A DNA stretch of 64,000 nucleotides from an uncultured Candidatus Saccharibacteria bacterium (GTDB taxonomy: Bacteria > Patescibacteriota > Minisyncoccia > Phycocordibacterales > CAYGLL01). Positions 18,391 through 28,027 of the stretch are shown one piece after another. Position 1 is the first letter of the stretch. Each line of letters opens with the position of its first letter. Location: contig CAYGLL010000003.1 of the NCBI GenBank assembly GCA_964350935.1, positions 1,487-65,486 on the forward strand. Reading direction: 5' to 3'. The position numbers and the translations under genes are program-made. The notes beneath the pieces were generated by a model. It was not told the origin of the DNA. It saw nothing but the letters and a program-made list of their open reading frames with translations, and searched no databases.

Positions 18391-20331
18391 CTACAAATAT
18401 ATGGTTTTGAGTGAATTTGAACCGTCATCTGCCATGAGGAGATGGTCGGGAATGTCGGAGAGGAAGTCAGAGGGCAGGTTTACCTGGCGGGAACCGAAAA
18501 TAGTGCGCACGGACGAGTACGAGAGAAACAGTTTTTTCTTGGCGCGCGTCAACGCCACGTAAAAAAGTCGGCGTTCTTCCTCCTCATCGCGCTCTTCCCC
18601 GCCACCCATTCCCTCGTGTGGAAAAAGTCCGGTCTCAAGTCCGGTGATAAACACATTTTCAAACTCAAGCCCCTTTGAAGCGTGCACCGTCATGAGTTTA
18701 ACTTTCACGCTCTTGTCTTCAATTTCATCCTGATCGCTTGCAAGCGCCGCGTCTTCTAAAAATTTGGTAATCCCCGTTTCAGGATCAAAGAGGTCGTAGC
18801 GCAGGGCCAGAGTTGCGAGTTCGCGGATGTTTTCCAATCGTTCAACATCTTCCTCATGTCCTTCTTTGTATATTTTTTCCATGCCGGTTTCACGAACGAC
18901 AAATTTAACCGTTTCAGATGTTTTGTGTGAAAGCGCGAATTCACGAATTTCAACGAGAAGACTATTAAATCGTACGACTTTTTCTCCGACCGCACCCGGA
19001 AGTGGTTTTCCCTCAAACATTTTAAGAAGCGTCACTTTTCCAATCCCGCGCGGAGGAACATTCACGATACGTTTAACGTCGGAGAGGCTTTGAGGGTTGA
19101 GTGCTGCACGAATAAACGAGAGCACATCTTTTACTTCCTTACGTTCGAAAAAACGTGTACCGATAATTTGGTACGGAATTTCTTCTGAGAGAAAGGCTTC
19201 TTCGAGTGCGCGCGATTGGAAATTGGCGCGAAAGAGAACGGCGATCTCGTCGGGTGACGTTCCGGAGGTGAGAAGTCGCTTTGCCGTGCGCGCGACGTAG
19301 AGCGCCTCATCAGCCTCGTCATATGCACTGTAGAGCGAGATCTGTTCTCCCTCGGAGTTGTTGGTGAAGAGTGTTTTGTCCTTGCGCTTAAGGTTTTTCT
19401 TAATGATATCGTTTGCTGCCTCAAGAATCGTTTTGGTTGAGCGGTAATTTTGTTCAAGAAGAACCGTTGTTGCGTCAGGAAAATCTTCTTCGAAATCTAA
19501 AATGTTGTCGATGCGCGCGCCGCGCCAGCTGTAAATCATCTGGTCAGCATCCCCGACGACGCAAATATTTTTATTTTTCTCCGAAAGCAGCCGCGCAATC
19601 TTGTACTGAACCTTGTTAGTGTCCTGATACTCATCGATGTGAATATGCGACCAGACGTTATGATATTTTTCTTTTATTTCCGGTCGAGAAGCGAGCAGGT
19701 TCGCTGTTTTTAGGAGAAGATCATCAAAGTCGAGCGCACCTTCGTCCGCGAGTATCTTTTCATACTCTTTCCATACCTTACCCACCAACCGCTTCCAGAA
19801 ATCTGATGAGTTTTCATTTAGGAAGTCCATGAAGGTCTTTCCTTCACCCTTTTCGCGCGAGATTGCACCCAGGATTTTCCCCGATTCGTACTGCTTGGGA
19901 TCATAACCCGCCTTTTGGAGCGCTTCTTTGATCGAACGCTTTGAATCACTGCGGTCAAAAATGGAAAACCGGGCCGGGAGGCCCAGAAGTCGGGCGTTTT
20001 CCTTTAAAATGTGAACCCCGAGTGAATGAAACGTACTCACGAAAGGAATCCCCTCAAGTGAAACGGGACGATTGAGTTCACGGCTCTCTTTTAGAAGTTT
20101 GAATACGCGGTCCCGCATCTCAGCTGCTGCTTTGTTGGTAAAGGTAATCGCGAGGATCTTTTTCGGGTCGATCCCACTTCGGACCAGATGGAGAATTCGG
20201 TAACTTATCGTCTTGGTTTTTCCTGCACCTGCTCCGGCAACAACCAAAATCGGTCCGGAGGTGTGAGTTGCAGCTTTTCTCTGCTCCGGGTTGAGGGTTT
20301 CGAGGTAATGTTCTTCAAACATCGTCGACAC
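18391..20331 (-). CDS. pcrA: UvrD/PcrA-family ATP-dependent DNA helicase
   Basis: LVVAGAGAGKTKT Walker A and UvrD motifs throughout the 646 aa. Confidence 0.85.
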   Translation of the reverse strand: MSTMFEEHYLETLNPEQRKAATHTSGPILVVAGAGAGKTKTISYRILHLVRSGIDPKKILAITFTNKAAAEMRDRVFKLLKESRELNRPVSLEGIPFVSTFHSLGVHILKENARLLGLPARFSIFDRSDSKRSIKEALQKAGYDPKQYESGKILGAISREKGEGKTFMDFLNENSSDFWKRLVGKVWKEYEKILADEGALDFDDLLLKTANLLASRPEIKEKYHNVWSHIHIDEYQDTNKVQYKIARLLSEKNKNICVVGDADQMIYSWRGARIDNILDFEEDFPDATTVLLEQNYRSTKTILEAANDIIKKNLKRKDKTLFTNNSEGEQISLYSAYDEADEALYVARTAKRLLTSGTSPDEIAVLFRANFQSRALEEAFLSEEIPYQIIGTRFFERKEVKDVLSFIRAALNPQSLSDVKRIVNVPPRGIGKVTLLKMFEGKPLPGAVGEKVVRFNSLLVEIREFALSHKTSETVKFVVRETGMEKIYKEGHEEDVERLENIRELATLALRYDLFDPETGITKFLEDAALASDQDEIEDKSVKVKLMTVHASKGLEFENVFITGLETGLFPHEGMGGGEERDEEEERRLFYVALTRAKKKLFLSYSSVRTIFGSRQVNLPSDFLSDIPDHLLMADDGSNSLKTIYL

Positions 20332-20480
20332 ACTATACCATCTAGTTAGGTAAAAAATAAGCTGAAAAAACCTATAGTTATAGCCACAGGAAAGCTATCC
20401 ACACCCCTAAATATAGTCAAGTTGACTTTTACCCCCCAGAAACTATAGTAGATAGGTGGCAGGCTACGTCCGAACGATTT

Positions 20481-21614
20481 ATGGCTCTATTGAGCCACTT
20501 TTCAGAAAAGACCGATTTACCAGCTAACTATAGGCTTATTTCGACTAATGGCGGTTTACAAGATCCGAACAAGGCCAGGGTAGGTGTCTTGGATCATAAT
20601 AAGTCTCGTTTATTTGGGCTTCACACAAAGCTTATTTTTTCGCTTATTGGAATGACGCTCCCCCTTACAGCTTCCGCAGGTTTCTTCTCGTTTGTGACTG
20701 ATTTCCTGAGTCCTAAACAAGAAGATGTCGTCGAGCAACCAAAGAATTCTCAGAACATGGTGCTCTTAAAATCGGTCGCTACCCCTGACCTTCAGAGTGC
20801 TCGTGGCGGCGGTGACATTGTTGTTGTCGGCGGAAATGCTCTTCTTCCAGAAACCGGCCCCTCAGGAACCCTCGCTGATATTGAAGAAAGTCACGGGACG
20901 ACTATCAGTGTGTATGTTGTTCGCCCCGGTGACACACTCTCGGCAATTTCAAAGATGTTCGGCGTAACAGTTTCGACTATCGTTGGCGCTAACAATATTC
21001 AGCGCGGCATTATTCAACCGGGCCAGAAGCTCGTCATTCTTCCTATTTCAGGGCTTGAATACACGGTTAAATCAGGTGACACGATCGCTTCAATTGCCAA
21101 GAAATACAAGGCAGATGCAAGCGAAATCGTCCAGTACAATGGTTTGGGCGAAGGAATTGCACTCAAGGTTGGCGAAAACATCTTTATTCCTGATGCTGAG
21201 ATTCCTCCCACACCGGCGACTCCAAACGGAAGAACGGCTCCGCTTCGCGGTGCGGGTGGTCCTGAATATGCCGGCTATTACATGCGGCCGGTTATTGGCG
21301 GAGTGCGGACCCAAGGTTTGCATGGCTATAACGGTATTGATCTCGGCGCTCCTATCGGAACACCGGTTTACGCATCGGCATCGGGCGATGTCATCATCGC
21401 AAAGAGTTCAGGCTACAACGGTGGTTATGGTCAGTATGTTGTCATCAATCATGCGAACGGTACACAGACACTCTACGGACACCTGAGTGCTGTCTATGTT
21501 GGCGTTGGTTACCATGTTGCGCAAGGCCAGCTCATCGGTTCTGTTGGTAACACAGGTAAATCAACCGGCCCACACCTGCATTTTGAGGTTCGCGGCGCAC
21601 GAAACCCTTTCTAA
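20481..21614 (+). CDS. LysM-domain M23-family peptidase
   Basis: Two LysM repeats (YVVRPGDTLSAISKMFGV and YTVKSGDTIASIAKKYKA). The C-terminal M23 motifs are HGYNGIDLGAPIGTPVYA and GNTGKSTGPHLHFEV. The true start is probably downstream, at an internal signal peptide. Confidence 0.75.
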   Translation: MALLSHFSEKTDLPANYRLISTNGGLQDPNKARVGVLDHNKSRLFGLHTKLIFSLIGMTLPLTASAGFFSFVTDFLSPKQEDVVEQPKNSQNMVLLKSVATPDLQSARGGGDIVVVGGNALLPETGPSGTLADIEESHGTTISVYVVRPGDTLSAISKMFGVTVSTIVGANNIQRGIIQPGQKLVILPISGLEYTVKSGDTIASIAKKYKADASEIVQYNGLGEGIALKVGENIFIPDAEIPPTPATPNGRTAPLRGAGGPEYAGYYMRPVIGGVRTQGLHGYNGIDLGAPIGTPVYASASGDVIIAKSSGYNGGYGQYVVINHANGTQTLYGHLSAVYVGVGYHVAQGQLIGSVGNTGKSTGPHLHFEVRGARNPF

Positions 21615-21680
21615 AGAAATAGCATAAAATAGCATCAAAAAACCCCCTCTAAGATAAGGGTTTTTTTGACGTTCAAATAG

Positions 21681-21709
21681 TTGACTTTTACTTATAAATA
21701 TGCTATTAT
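21681..21709 (+). promoter_or_regulatory. candidate sigma70 promoter (TTGACT-17-TATTAT) for ORF 21788
   Basis: Consensus-like hexamers with 17-bp spacing. Confidence 0.4.
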
Positions 21710-21787
21710 TAATCTAGAAATCACCAATGTCTCTAGCCGTGTGGCTGGATACAGAAGTGGTATAGAAAACACCTGCACTTCAAAACT

Positions 21788-22240
21788 ATGACAATCACCT
21801 GGACTATGTTACTCACTGCTGTGACCCTCTTCTTCTCGCTCTTCGGCGCCTGGGCGGTCGGCCGCCTTCACGATCGGTCCGAAAGCAAGCGGGTTCTCGC
21901 CCTTGCGTGGGCAAAGCTCGTTCTCGGGCTTCTCATCACGGTATATCTCGGCTTCAGCCAGATGCACAAGGCGGTGCCCGCCGATCAGCTCGCCGTCAAC
22001 AAGACCTATTGGGTGGCATCTGAGTTTCGGCACGCAAAGGATGGCGATCCGTTCAAACTTGAGAACTATGCCGTTATCACTGACGGCGAACACTTCCAGA
22101 CTATTCGCCTCGCACTTCATCCTGGCACGACCAACGACTTCGGTCTCAAAGTCGTGAAGACGCCGAATCTCGACGGTGGCCTGGACAGTGTGTACCTCAC
22201 CAAGTTCAGCCGGATGCCCGGCACATCAAGCTTCCAGTAA
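21788..22240 (+). CDS. hypothetical membrane protein
   Basis: 150 aa with two N-terminal TM helices, followed by a strong terminator. Confidence 0.4.
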   Translation: MTITWTMLLTAVTLFFSLFGAWAVGRLHDRSESKRVLALAWAKLVLGLLITVYLGFSQMHKAVPADQLAVNKTYWVASEFRHAKDGDPFKLENYAVITDGEHFQTIRLALHPGTTNDFGLKVVKTPNLDGGLDSVYLTKFSRMPGTSSFQ

Positions 22241-22259
22241 ACCCTCATCGGTTTACGGA

Positions 22260-22320
22260 CCCCGCTTCTTACCAGGAGCGGGGTTTTTCTATAAAAAATC
22301 CCGCACGAGTGGTGCGGGAT
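22260..22320. terminator. pair of convergent rho-independent terminators
   Basis: ccccgcttcttaccaggagcgggg+TTTTT on the plus strand and atcccgcacgagtggtgcgggat (T-run on the minus strand) between convergent genes. Confidence 0.6.
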
Positions 22321-22329
22321 AGAGAGACG

Positions 22330-22611
22330 TTAACTGAGCCTGATCACCTGTTCTTTTCCGGTTTGGTCTTTGATGATGAGCGTGCTGCCTTCTTCGGTCA
22401 CACATTCGGTCGCCAGGTCGTAGAGGGCTAGGGCGTGTCGGATCGTATCGACTTCAGACGCGTGGCCCTGCCTCGCAGTAACTTTTTGAATCGCTCCAAA
22501 AGTTTTTTTGTTGACGGTGAGAATTATGCCGCCGCTGTCTTTTTGTTCGCAGGGGAAGAATTGAGCAATGCCCTTCAGGGTTTTTTGCAGGGCTTTCAGT
22601 AATTTGTTCAT
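22330..22611 (-). CDS. hypothetical small protein
   Basis: 93-aa ORF with its own terminator and no recognised domain. Confidence 0.35.
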   Translation of the reverse strand: MNKLLKALQKTLKGIAQFFPCEQKDSGGIILTVNKKTFGAIQKVTARQGHASEVDTIRHALALYDLATECVTEEGSTLIIKDQTGKEQVIRLS

Positions 22612-22733
22612 ACAAGTTTTGGAATGTGCTGTTGGTTCTGTCCGGAGGGAATATTAGCCTATGCGGGCAGCAAGTCAATCCATTTTGTTGCAAACAGTTT
22701 TAAGGTGTGATGAGATAGTTTGTAGTTAGATCT

Positions 22734-23369
22734 ATGAAAACAAAACCTAAACGGAGAGGTCCGAAGGTGGACTGCTCTGATGATGATTTAGTTCTACGTG
22801 CTCGACGTGGAAATGCGAAAGCTTTTACTGCTCTCTACGAAAAACACCGTGCGAGAATGAGAGGAGCCGCGTACAGCATGTGTCGTGATGACACAGACGC
22901 GGAAGATATCTGCCAGATGGCGTGGGCACGGGCGTGGAAGAAGATCAGAAAATTTCGCAACGACAGTTCGTTCTCGACCTGGATGACAGTCATTGTGCGT
23001 CGTGTGTTTATCGACATGAGGAGAAAGAAGAAGCGAGAAGATCTCGAGTCTCTGGAATTTCTTCAGGAAAATGGAACTCATTTAGATCCAACGCACAAGG
23101 TTGTTGACCCCGCCTTTTTACCGGACAAGGTGATGCAGAATGAGGACACGGCGCATTTTGTGCGAAGCATGGTGGGTCTGATGAAAGAACCACACCGCAC
23201 GGTGATGCAACTGTTCTTTTTTGAAGGACTTCAGCACGACGAGATTGCCCGAGTGATGGGGATTCCCTTAGGCACGTCACTTTCCCGATTAGGTTACGGT
23301 AAGAAAATGCTTAAGGTGATTATCGAGAGAAAACTAAATGGCGAACTACGTACAGCACTCTCTTCATAA
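22734..23369 (+). CDS. sigma-70 family (ECF-type) RNA polymerase sigma factor
   Basis: Region 2 (DICQMAWARAWKKIRKFRNDSSFSTWMTVIVRR) and region 4 (LQHDEIARVMGIPLGTSLSRL). Confidence 0.75.
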   Translation: MKTKPKRRGPKVDCSDDDLVLRARRGNAKAFTALYEKHRARMRGAAYSMCRDDTDAEDICQMAWARAWKKIRKFRNDSSFSTWMTVIVRRVFIDMRRKKKREDLESLEFLQENGTHLDPTHKVVDPAFLPDKVMQNEDTAHFVRSMVGLMKEPHRTVMQLFFFEGLQHDEIARVMGIPLGTSLSRLGYGKKMLKVIIERKLNGELRTALSS

Positions 23370-23447
23370 CTCGTTTCGGATCTAGGTCCGCGCGAGTTTT
23401 TTATTAAGAAAAACCGCCCCGAAATCTGGGACGGTGTGTTTGAGTGA

Positions 23448-24032
23448 CTATTCGATCCTTCTGCCCGATTCCTTAATGCTCAGGGACAGAAGACGAAAAC
23501 CAATTACGGTTATGTTTTCTCGGCGACAAAATGCGCGTGAGCGCTTCTTGAGTATCTCGATCATGTCTGCTGTCGGCTCTTCGCCGAAGAATATCGCAAC
23601 GCTTTGAAATGCAGGGTGCTCAGTGAATGGTCTTTGTGCTTTCTCCTCCCATTCTTGCTTGTGCTGTTGATTACTCTCTTCTGCTGCGTAGGATTTTTTT
23701 CGGGATTGTGCCAAGCACTCCTCTTTGTAGTGTTCCTGAGCCTCAGTACCGTTTTCCCCTAGTCGGAAATGTCCTCCCATTCCGTTGTTAAACCATCCCG
23801 GGGTGGACCATATTTCGACAGGACGCCGACAGCCGTGCTCGTCAGGTGGCTGTAAGATTTTTTCTTCAAACGGATTTGGCCCAGGGTTTTCTTCAGCAAA
23901 CTGAGAGGCCTCTTCCGAACCAATAGTGCATTCTCCTACAATTCCCGTGCTGTAGGCGCAGAGCTGTCTCTCGAAGTTGCCGGCGTATTGTTCGGTGTCG
24001 ACGACGAAAGCGAACGGTGGAATTTCAAACAT
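23448..24032 (-). CDS. hypothetical protein
   Basis: 194-aa ORF convergent with the sigma factor gene, no recognised domain. Confidence 0.3.
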   Translation of the reverse strand: MFEIPPFAFVVDTEQYAGNFERQLCAYSTGIVGECTIGSEEASQFAEENPGPNPFEEKILQPPDEHGCRRPVEIWSTPGWFNNGMGGHFRLGENGTEAQEHYKEECLAQSRKKSYAAEESNQQHKQEWEEKAQRPFTEHPAFQSVAIFFGEEPTADMIEILKKRSRAFCRRENITVIGFRLLSLSIKESGRRIE

Positions 24033-24147
24033 GCTAATTTCCTTTCCGGGTGTATTGTTTGTGTCTTTGGAAACTCTATACTACGGTAGTTTTTTTGCAA
24101 AGATTGCCGAACGGCAAATTCCTCCTTTAAACGAAAACCCAAATATT

Positions 24148-24951
24148 TTATTCTGGAATTGATTGCCACATGATCTCGAACATCTCACGATGCATTTGAA
24201 TAATGCTTTTGTTTTCAATAACAATGGCGAAAAAGGGCGGGTGGAGCTGGTGGATGATTATGCGTTTAGGAATAATCACGAGGTTTGTTGTTAGAAGTGT
24301 TTTATCAGGGAGCATTTTTATTTCTACTCCGTATAGCCCTCTTTCTCGTTTGAGTTTTTGTGAAAGATCTGAATTTTGAAACAACGCCCGAATTTTAAAG
24401 TTCATCTTTGCTCGTCGACGAATGAAATCTTCAAAATATTCTGGGTCGAGTGCCATCCACGGCTCCATGTGAGAAAGTACCAAATAATCTTTAAAGGGTT
24501 CGGCGTCTTTGAGCAATCCTTCGTAGACCGATTTGATCCCCTCAAGCCCTTCATAGTATTTAATGAAACTCTCCCCTCCCTTTAGGTTGTAGAGCGCCAT
24601 AAATTCTCCAAGATTTTTTCTGAAATCCTCTTTGCGTCGCTCGAGAAGTGATTCAATTTTTTCAGGATTCTCGGCCTCAAAGTATTTTTTTAAACCTCGA
24701 AGTTCAATTTTCATCAAACCTTTCTGTTTTAAGGTTTCGAGGATTGAATAAACAGTTGTTCGCTTCAATTCTGCAGCGCGCGAGATCGAAAGCACCGTGC
24801 TTGGACCTAAAGATAGAGCAGAAAAGTAGACAGACGCCTCGTTTTCAGAAAGCCCGGTATCGGTAAGTAGCGAGGTAATTTTGTTGTTTTTCATATAAAC
24901 GTCGGAAAATCCGACAACAGTAATACTATGTAATATAAGGATATTTGTCAA
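24148..24951 (-). CDS. TrmB-family transcriptional regulator (paralog 1 of 4)
   Basis: N-terminal wHTH LSENEASVYFSALSLGPSTVLSISRAAELKRTTVYSILETLKQKGL plus the TrmB C-terminal domain. The start is likely at the internal MKNNK. Confidence 0.65.
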   Translation of the reverse strand: MTNILILHSITVVGFSDVYMKNNKITSLLTDTGLSENEASVYFSALSLGPSTVLSISRAAELKRTTVYSILETLKQKGLMKIELRGLKKYFEAENPEKIESLLERRKEDFRKNLGEFMALYNLKGGESFIKYYEGLEGIKSVYEGLLKDAEPFKDYLVLSHMEPWMALDPEYFEDFIRRRAKMNFKIRALFQNSDLSQKLKRERGLYGVEIKMLPDKTLLTTNLVIIPKRIIIHQLHPPFFAIVIENKSIIQMHREMFEIMWQSIPE

Positions 24952-25055
24952 TAAATATGGTATCTGGTCGACAAAATAGACATAACTTTACAAATATGTA
25001 AAAATATTGCATAGAAACACCAGTCCTACCGCTGGGCTGAAACACTACCTGCTCC

Positions 25056-25340
25056 ATGAAAACTAAATCGATCTATCTGTTCACTGATTCAAAGTCATTC
25101 GAAGCCGCCATTCGGGCACGAGCGGAAAAACATGATTTGTTGATAGTTTCCGATCCAGTCGCTGCGACCTTCGTAGTGACGGACTCCCCATACTTTGCTA
25201 GGAAAGAACTGTTAAAGTTTGGCAAGCCCATTTTCTGTGTCAAATGGCATGAGGAGAAACCTCCGGTCATTCTGATCAAGAGCAGTGACACAGATTTTGC
25301 CTTCGAGACATTTTTTTCATTGGTTTCAGACGGGAGATAA
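25056..25340 (+). CDS. hypothetical small protein (paralog of 25614-25886)
   Basis: Shares DSKSFE..KP.F..IK.SS.D with the downstream paralog. Confidence 0.4.
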   Translation: MKTKSIYLFTDSKSFEAAIRARAEKHDLLIVSDPVAATFVVTDSPYFARKELLKFGKPIFCVKWHEEKPPVILIKSSDTDFAFETFFSLVSDGR

Positions 25341-25360
25341 AAACACTCGAAAGGAAAATT

Positions 25361-25588
25361 ATGACAGCAAAAATCATTGCGTATGTGTTGTCGACCTTGG
25401 GATTAAGCAGCTTCGGGGTCTCAATGTCCTGGACTATGGCCGGAGCTTTCAGATGGGATCAGTTAATTCCAAAAAGGCTCAGAGAAAGAGGGGATGCACC
25501 AGAGTTATTGATGTGTGTCGTGTGCACTATCGCATTTATCCTGACGCTCATTGGAATACTGTCTTTGCAGGATTTGGCCAAAAATTAA
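25361..25588 (+). CDS. small two-TM membrane protein
   Basis: 75 aa with RBS aggaaaattATG, lying between the two paralogs. Confidence 0.4.
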   Translation: MTAKIIAYVLSTLGLSSFGVSMSWTMAGAFRWDQLIPKRLRERGDAPELLMCVVCTIAFILTLIGILSLQDLAKN

Positions 25589-25613
25589 CCTCAACACCAG
25601 AAAGGAAACAAAA

Positions 25614-25886
25614 ATGAAAAAAATCTACGTCCACACAGATTCGAAGTCTTTTGAGGAATTGGCAAGAGTGTTGGTGATTGAAGCAAAATTGGCGATAGCG
25701 GCAAATTTGCAGGAGGCGGATATCATCATCACAAATGAAGCGTTAGTACCAGAAAGTCTGGAAAAATTAAACAAGCCATTCTTTTACTTTGGTTACGCTG
25801 ACCCGACAGAGCCTTTTATCAAGGTATCGTCGAGAGATGTAAGCCATCGGAAGACTCTCGAGATATTTCTGAGCACCCTCCGTTAA
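25614..25886 (+). CDS. hypothetical small protein (paralog of 25056-25340)
   Basis: Start taken at MKKIYVHTDSKSFE with RBS aggaaacaaaaATG. The track ORF has an upstream extension. Confidence 0.4.
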   Translation: MKKIYVHTDSKSFEELARVLVIEAKLAIAANLQEADIIITNEALVPESLEKLNKPFFYFGYADPTEPFIKVSSRDVSHRKTLEIFLSTLR

Positions 25887-25971
25887 GGTGTGTGGACAGA
25901 AAATCCCAAAGTTCAAACCTCTGTTGAAAACACAAACTCGTTCTGGGCTAGCGTCTAGGACGAGTTTTTTG

Positions 25972-27525
25972 TTACACAGTTAATTTCCTCGGACGATACT
26001 GAAGCGCTTCGAGGATATGAGAAGTCTCAATATTTTGTTTTTGGTCGAGGTCGGCAATGGTGCGGGCGAGTTTAATGACGCGATGGTAACTGCGAGGCGA
26101 TAGGTCGAGTTTACGCGCGCTTTCATTTAAGAGGTTTCTAACATTATCGGAGAGTATGGCATGTGCGGCAAGTTCACGGACACTCATTTCAGCATTCGTA
26201 CTAATGTTTTTTTCGTTATTTTTGAACCGTAGTTTTTGAATTTCGCGCGCCAAAGATATTTTTTCACGAGCAGCAGCGCTTTCATTGCGCGTTACGATTT
26301 CTTCAGAAAGTTTCTCGTGTGAAATGGAAGAAACCTCGGTCCAGAGATCAATGCGATCGATAATTGGCCCGGACATTTTGCGTCGATAGCGTTCAATGGC
26401 GCCGGGAAGACAAATACATGTTTTCTTGGCGACGCCATAATTGCCACACGGACACGGGTTCATCGCGGCAACTAAAATAAATTGTGCGGGAAAACGCGCA
26501 GTTCCTTTGGCCCGCGCAACGGAGATCACGCGCTCTTCTAAGGGTTCGCGTAAAGATTCGAGAACCCGCCGATCGAACTCCGGAAACTCATCGAGAAAAA
26601 GAATTCCGCGGTGCGCGAGCGTTATTTCTCCCGGCCGAAGAGATTGTCCTCCGCCAACAACGGCGACGTGAGAGGCTGTGTGATGCGGCGCGCGAAAGGG
26701 AGCATTGGTTACGAGTTTCCCGCCAAGATTTCCTGCAACCGAATGAATTCCCGTCACCTCCAGCACTTCGTCGAATGAAAGCTGCGGCAAAATCCCGGCC
26801 AAGGCTTTGGCGAGCATTGTTTTTCCGGTTCCCGGCGGTCCCCAGAAAGCGACGTTGTGTCCTCCAGATGCGGCAATAATGAGTGCACGCTTGGCGTTTT
26901 CCTGGCCGTGAATATCTGAGAGATCAATTTCCGCAGGACGACTTTCTCGCGGAATCTCTGTTTTTGGTTGCGGCGTTATTTCAAGAATGTTCCCCGTCGT
27001 ATCTTTTTTAAATGTGAGGTGGTCCACAATTTCTTCAAGATCAGCAACCGGATAAACGGTAATGCCTGAAATGAGAGCGGCTTCTGAGGCATTATCTTTC
27101 GGTACGTATACTTTTTCGATGCCGCTTTCCGCCGCTTTTCGTACGAGAGGCAGCACTCCTTTGACGGGGCGTACGACACCATCAAGAGAAAGTTCACCCA
27201 AAAATAGTTTTTTGTCGGGGTTAAATTTAATGTCGCCTGCTGCGAGGAGGTAGCCAAGTGCGATAGCGAGATCGAAGTTGGAACCCTCTTTTTTGACCTC
27301 AGCCGGAGCTAGTGAGATGGTGATTTTTTGATTGCGTTGTTTCGGGGACTTAAAGTTTGAGTTTTTGATGGCGGCTGACACACGATCGCGTGCTTCTTCA
27401 ACAGCTTTGTCAGGAAGGCCTACAATTGAAAAAGCGTGTAACCCCTTAGCGAGGTCCACCTCAACATCGATGAGGTGAGCCTCGAGGAAAACGGTCTGCG
27501 CACTTTGTACCTTCGCGAAACTCAT
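25972..27525 (-). CDS. comM: YifB/ComM-family Mg-chelatase-like AAA ATPase
   Basis: N-terminal Lon-like/ChlI domain followed by AAA+ motifs (GPPGTGKTMLAKA). Confidence 0.8.
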   Translation of the reverse strand: MSFAKVQSAQTVFLEAHLIDVEVDLAKGLHAFSIVGLPDKAVEEARDRVSAAIKNSNFKSPKQRNQKITISLAPAEVKKEGSNFDLAIALGYLLAAGDIKFNPDKKLFLGELSLDGVVRPVKGVLPLVRKAAESGIEKVYVPKDNASEAALISGITVYPVADLEEIVDHLTFKKDTTGNILEITPQPKTEIPRESRPAEIDLSDIHGQENAKRALIIAASGGHNVAFWGPPGTGKTMLAKALAGILPQLSFDEVLEVTGIHSVAGNLGGKLVTNAPFRAPHHTASHVAVVGGGQSLRPGEITLAHRGILFLDEFPEFDRRVLESLREPLEERVISVARAKGTARFPAQFILVAAMNPCPCGNYGVAKKTCICLPGAIERYRRKMSGPIIDRIDLWTEVSSISHEKLSEEIVTRNESAAAREKISLAREIQKLRFKNNEKNISTNAEMSVRELAAHAILSDNVRNLLNESARKLDLSPRSYHRVIKLARTIADLDQKQNIETSHILEALQYRPRKLTV

Positions 27526-27628
27526 ATAAATGTTGCTATAGTATAACAACTAAATTAGTTAATGCAAAGAGGTAGCTGAAACAAGAGAAAAACACCGCTC
27601 CACACTCGGAGCGGTGTTTTTCATAAAC

Positions 27629-27985
27629 TTACTTCATGTGTTGTTTGCAGGTCGATGCGGCAGGGTTCGCGTTCAGTCTCTCTTCCTCAATCGGAGAGTT
27701 GCAGACGCTACAGCTTCCGAATGTCCCCTTCTCGATTCGGACAAGCCCGTCTTTGAGTTCGTTGAAGCGGATCTCAAGTTGCTTCAGGATCGCCGTGTGA
27801 TCTTCAAATTCTTCGATTGAGTCAGCGACCTCATTTTCATCTGCTTTATCAACGTCCATTACCGCAGGTGTCGCCTCCCAGTCTGAAGGATTTTTCGGAT
27901 TTTGCCGCCCGACGCTTTTTAATTCCTCCTCAACTTTCTCAAGTTCAGTCTGAATTTTCCCTTTGTATTTATTGGTGTCTACCAT
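27629..27985 (-). CDS. DksA/TraR-family C4 zinc-finger protein
   Basis: C-terminal CSVCNSPIEEERL..C motif. Confidence 0.65.
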   Translation of the reverse strand: MVDTNKYKGKIQTELEKVEEELKSVGRQNPKNPSDWEATPAVMDVDKADENEVADSIEEFEDHTAILKQLEIRFNELKDGLVRIEKGTFGSCSVCNSPIEEERLNANPAASTCKQHMK

Positions 27986-28027
27986 AGCCCTATTGTACCA
28001 AATCGTTTTGAGAAAGCGACCGCGAGG

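Noticed and set aside
20332-20480. Possible DnaA-like box CTATCCACA and repeated CTATAG motifs upstream of the LysM-peptidase gene
   Set aside because: Only a single 8/9 match is present. It is too weak to call beyond a note.
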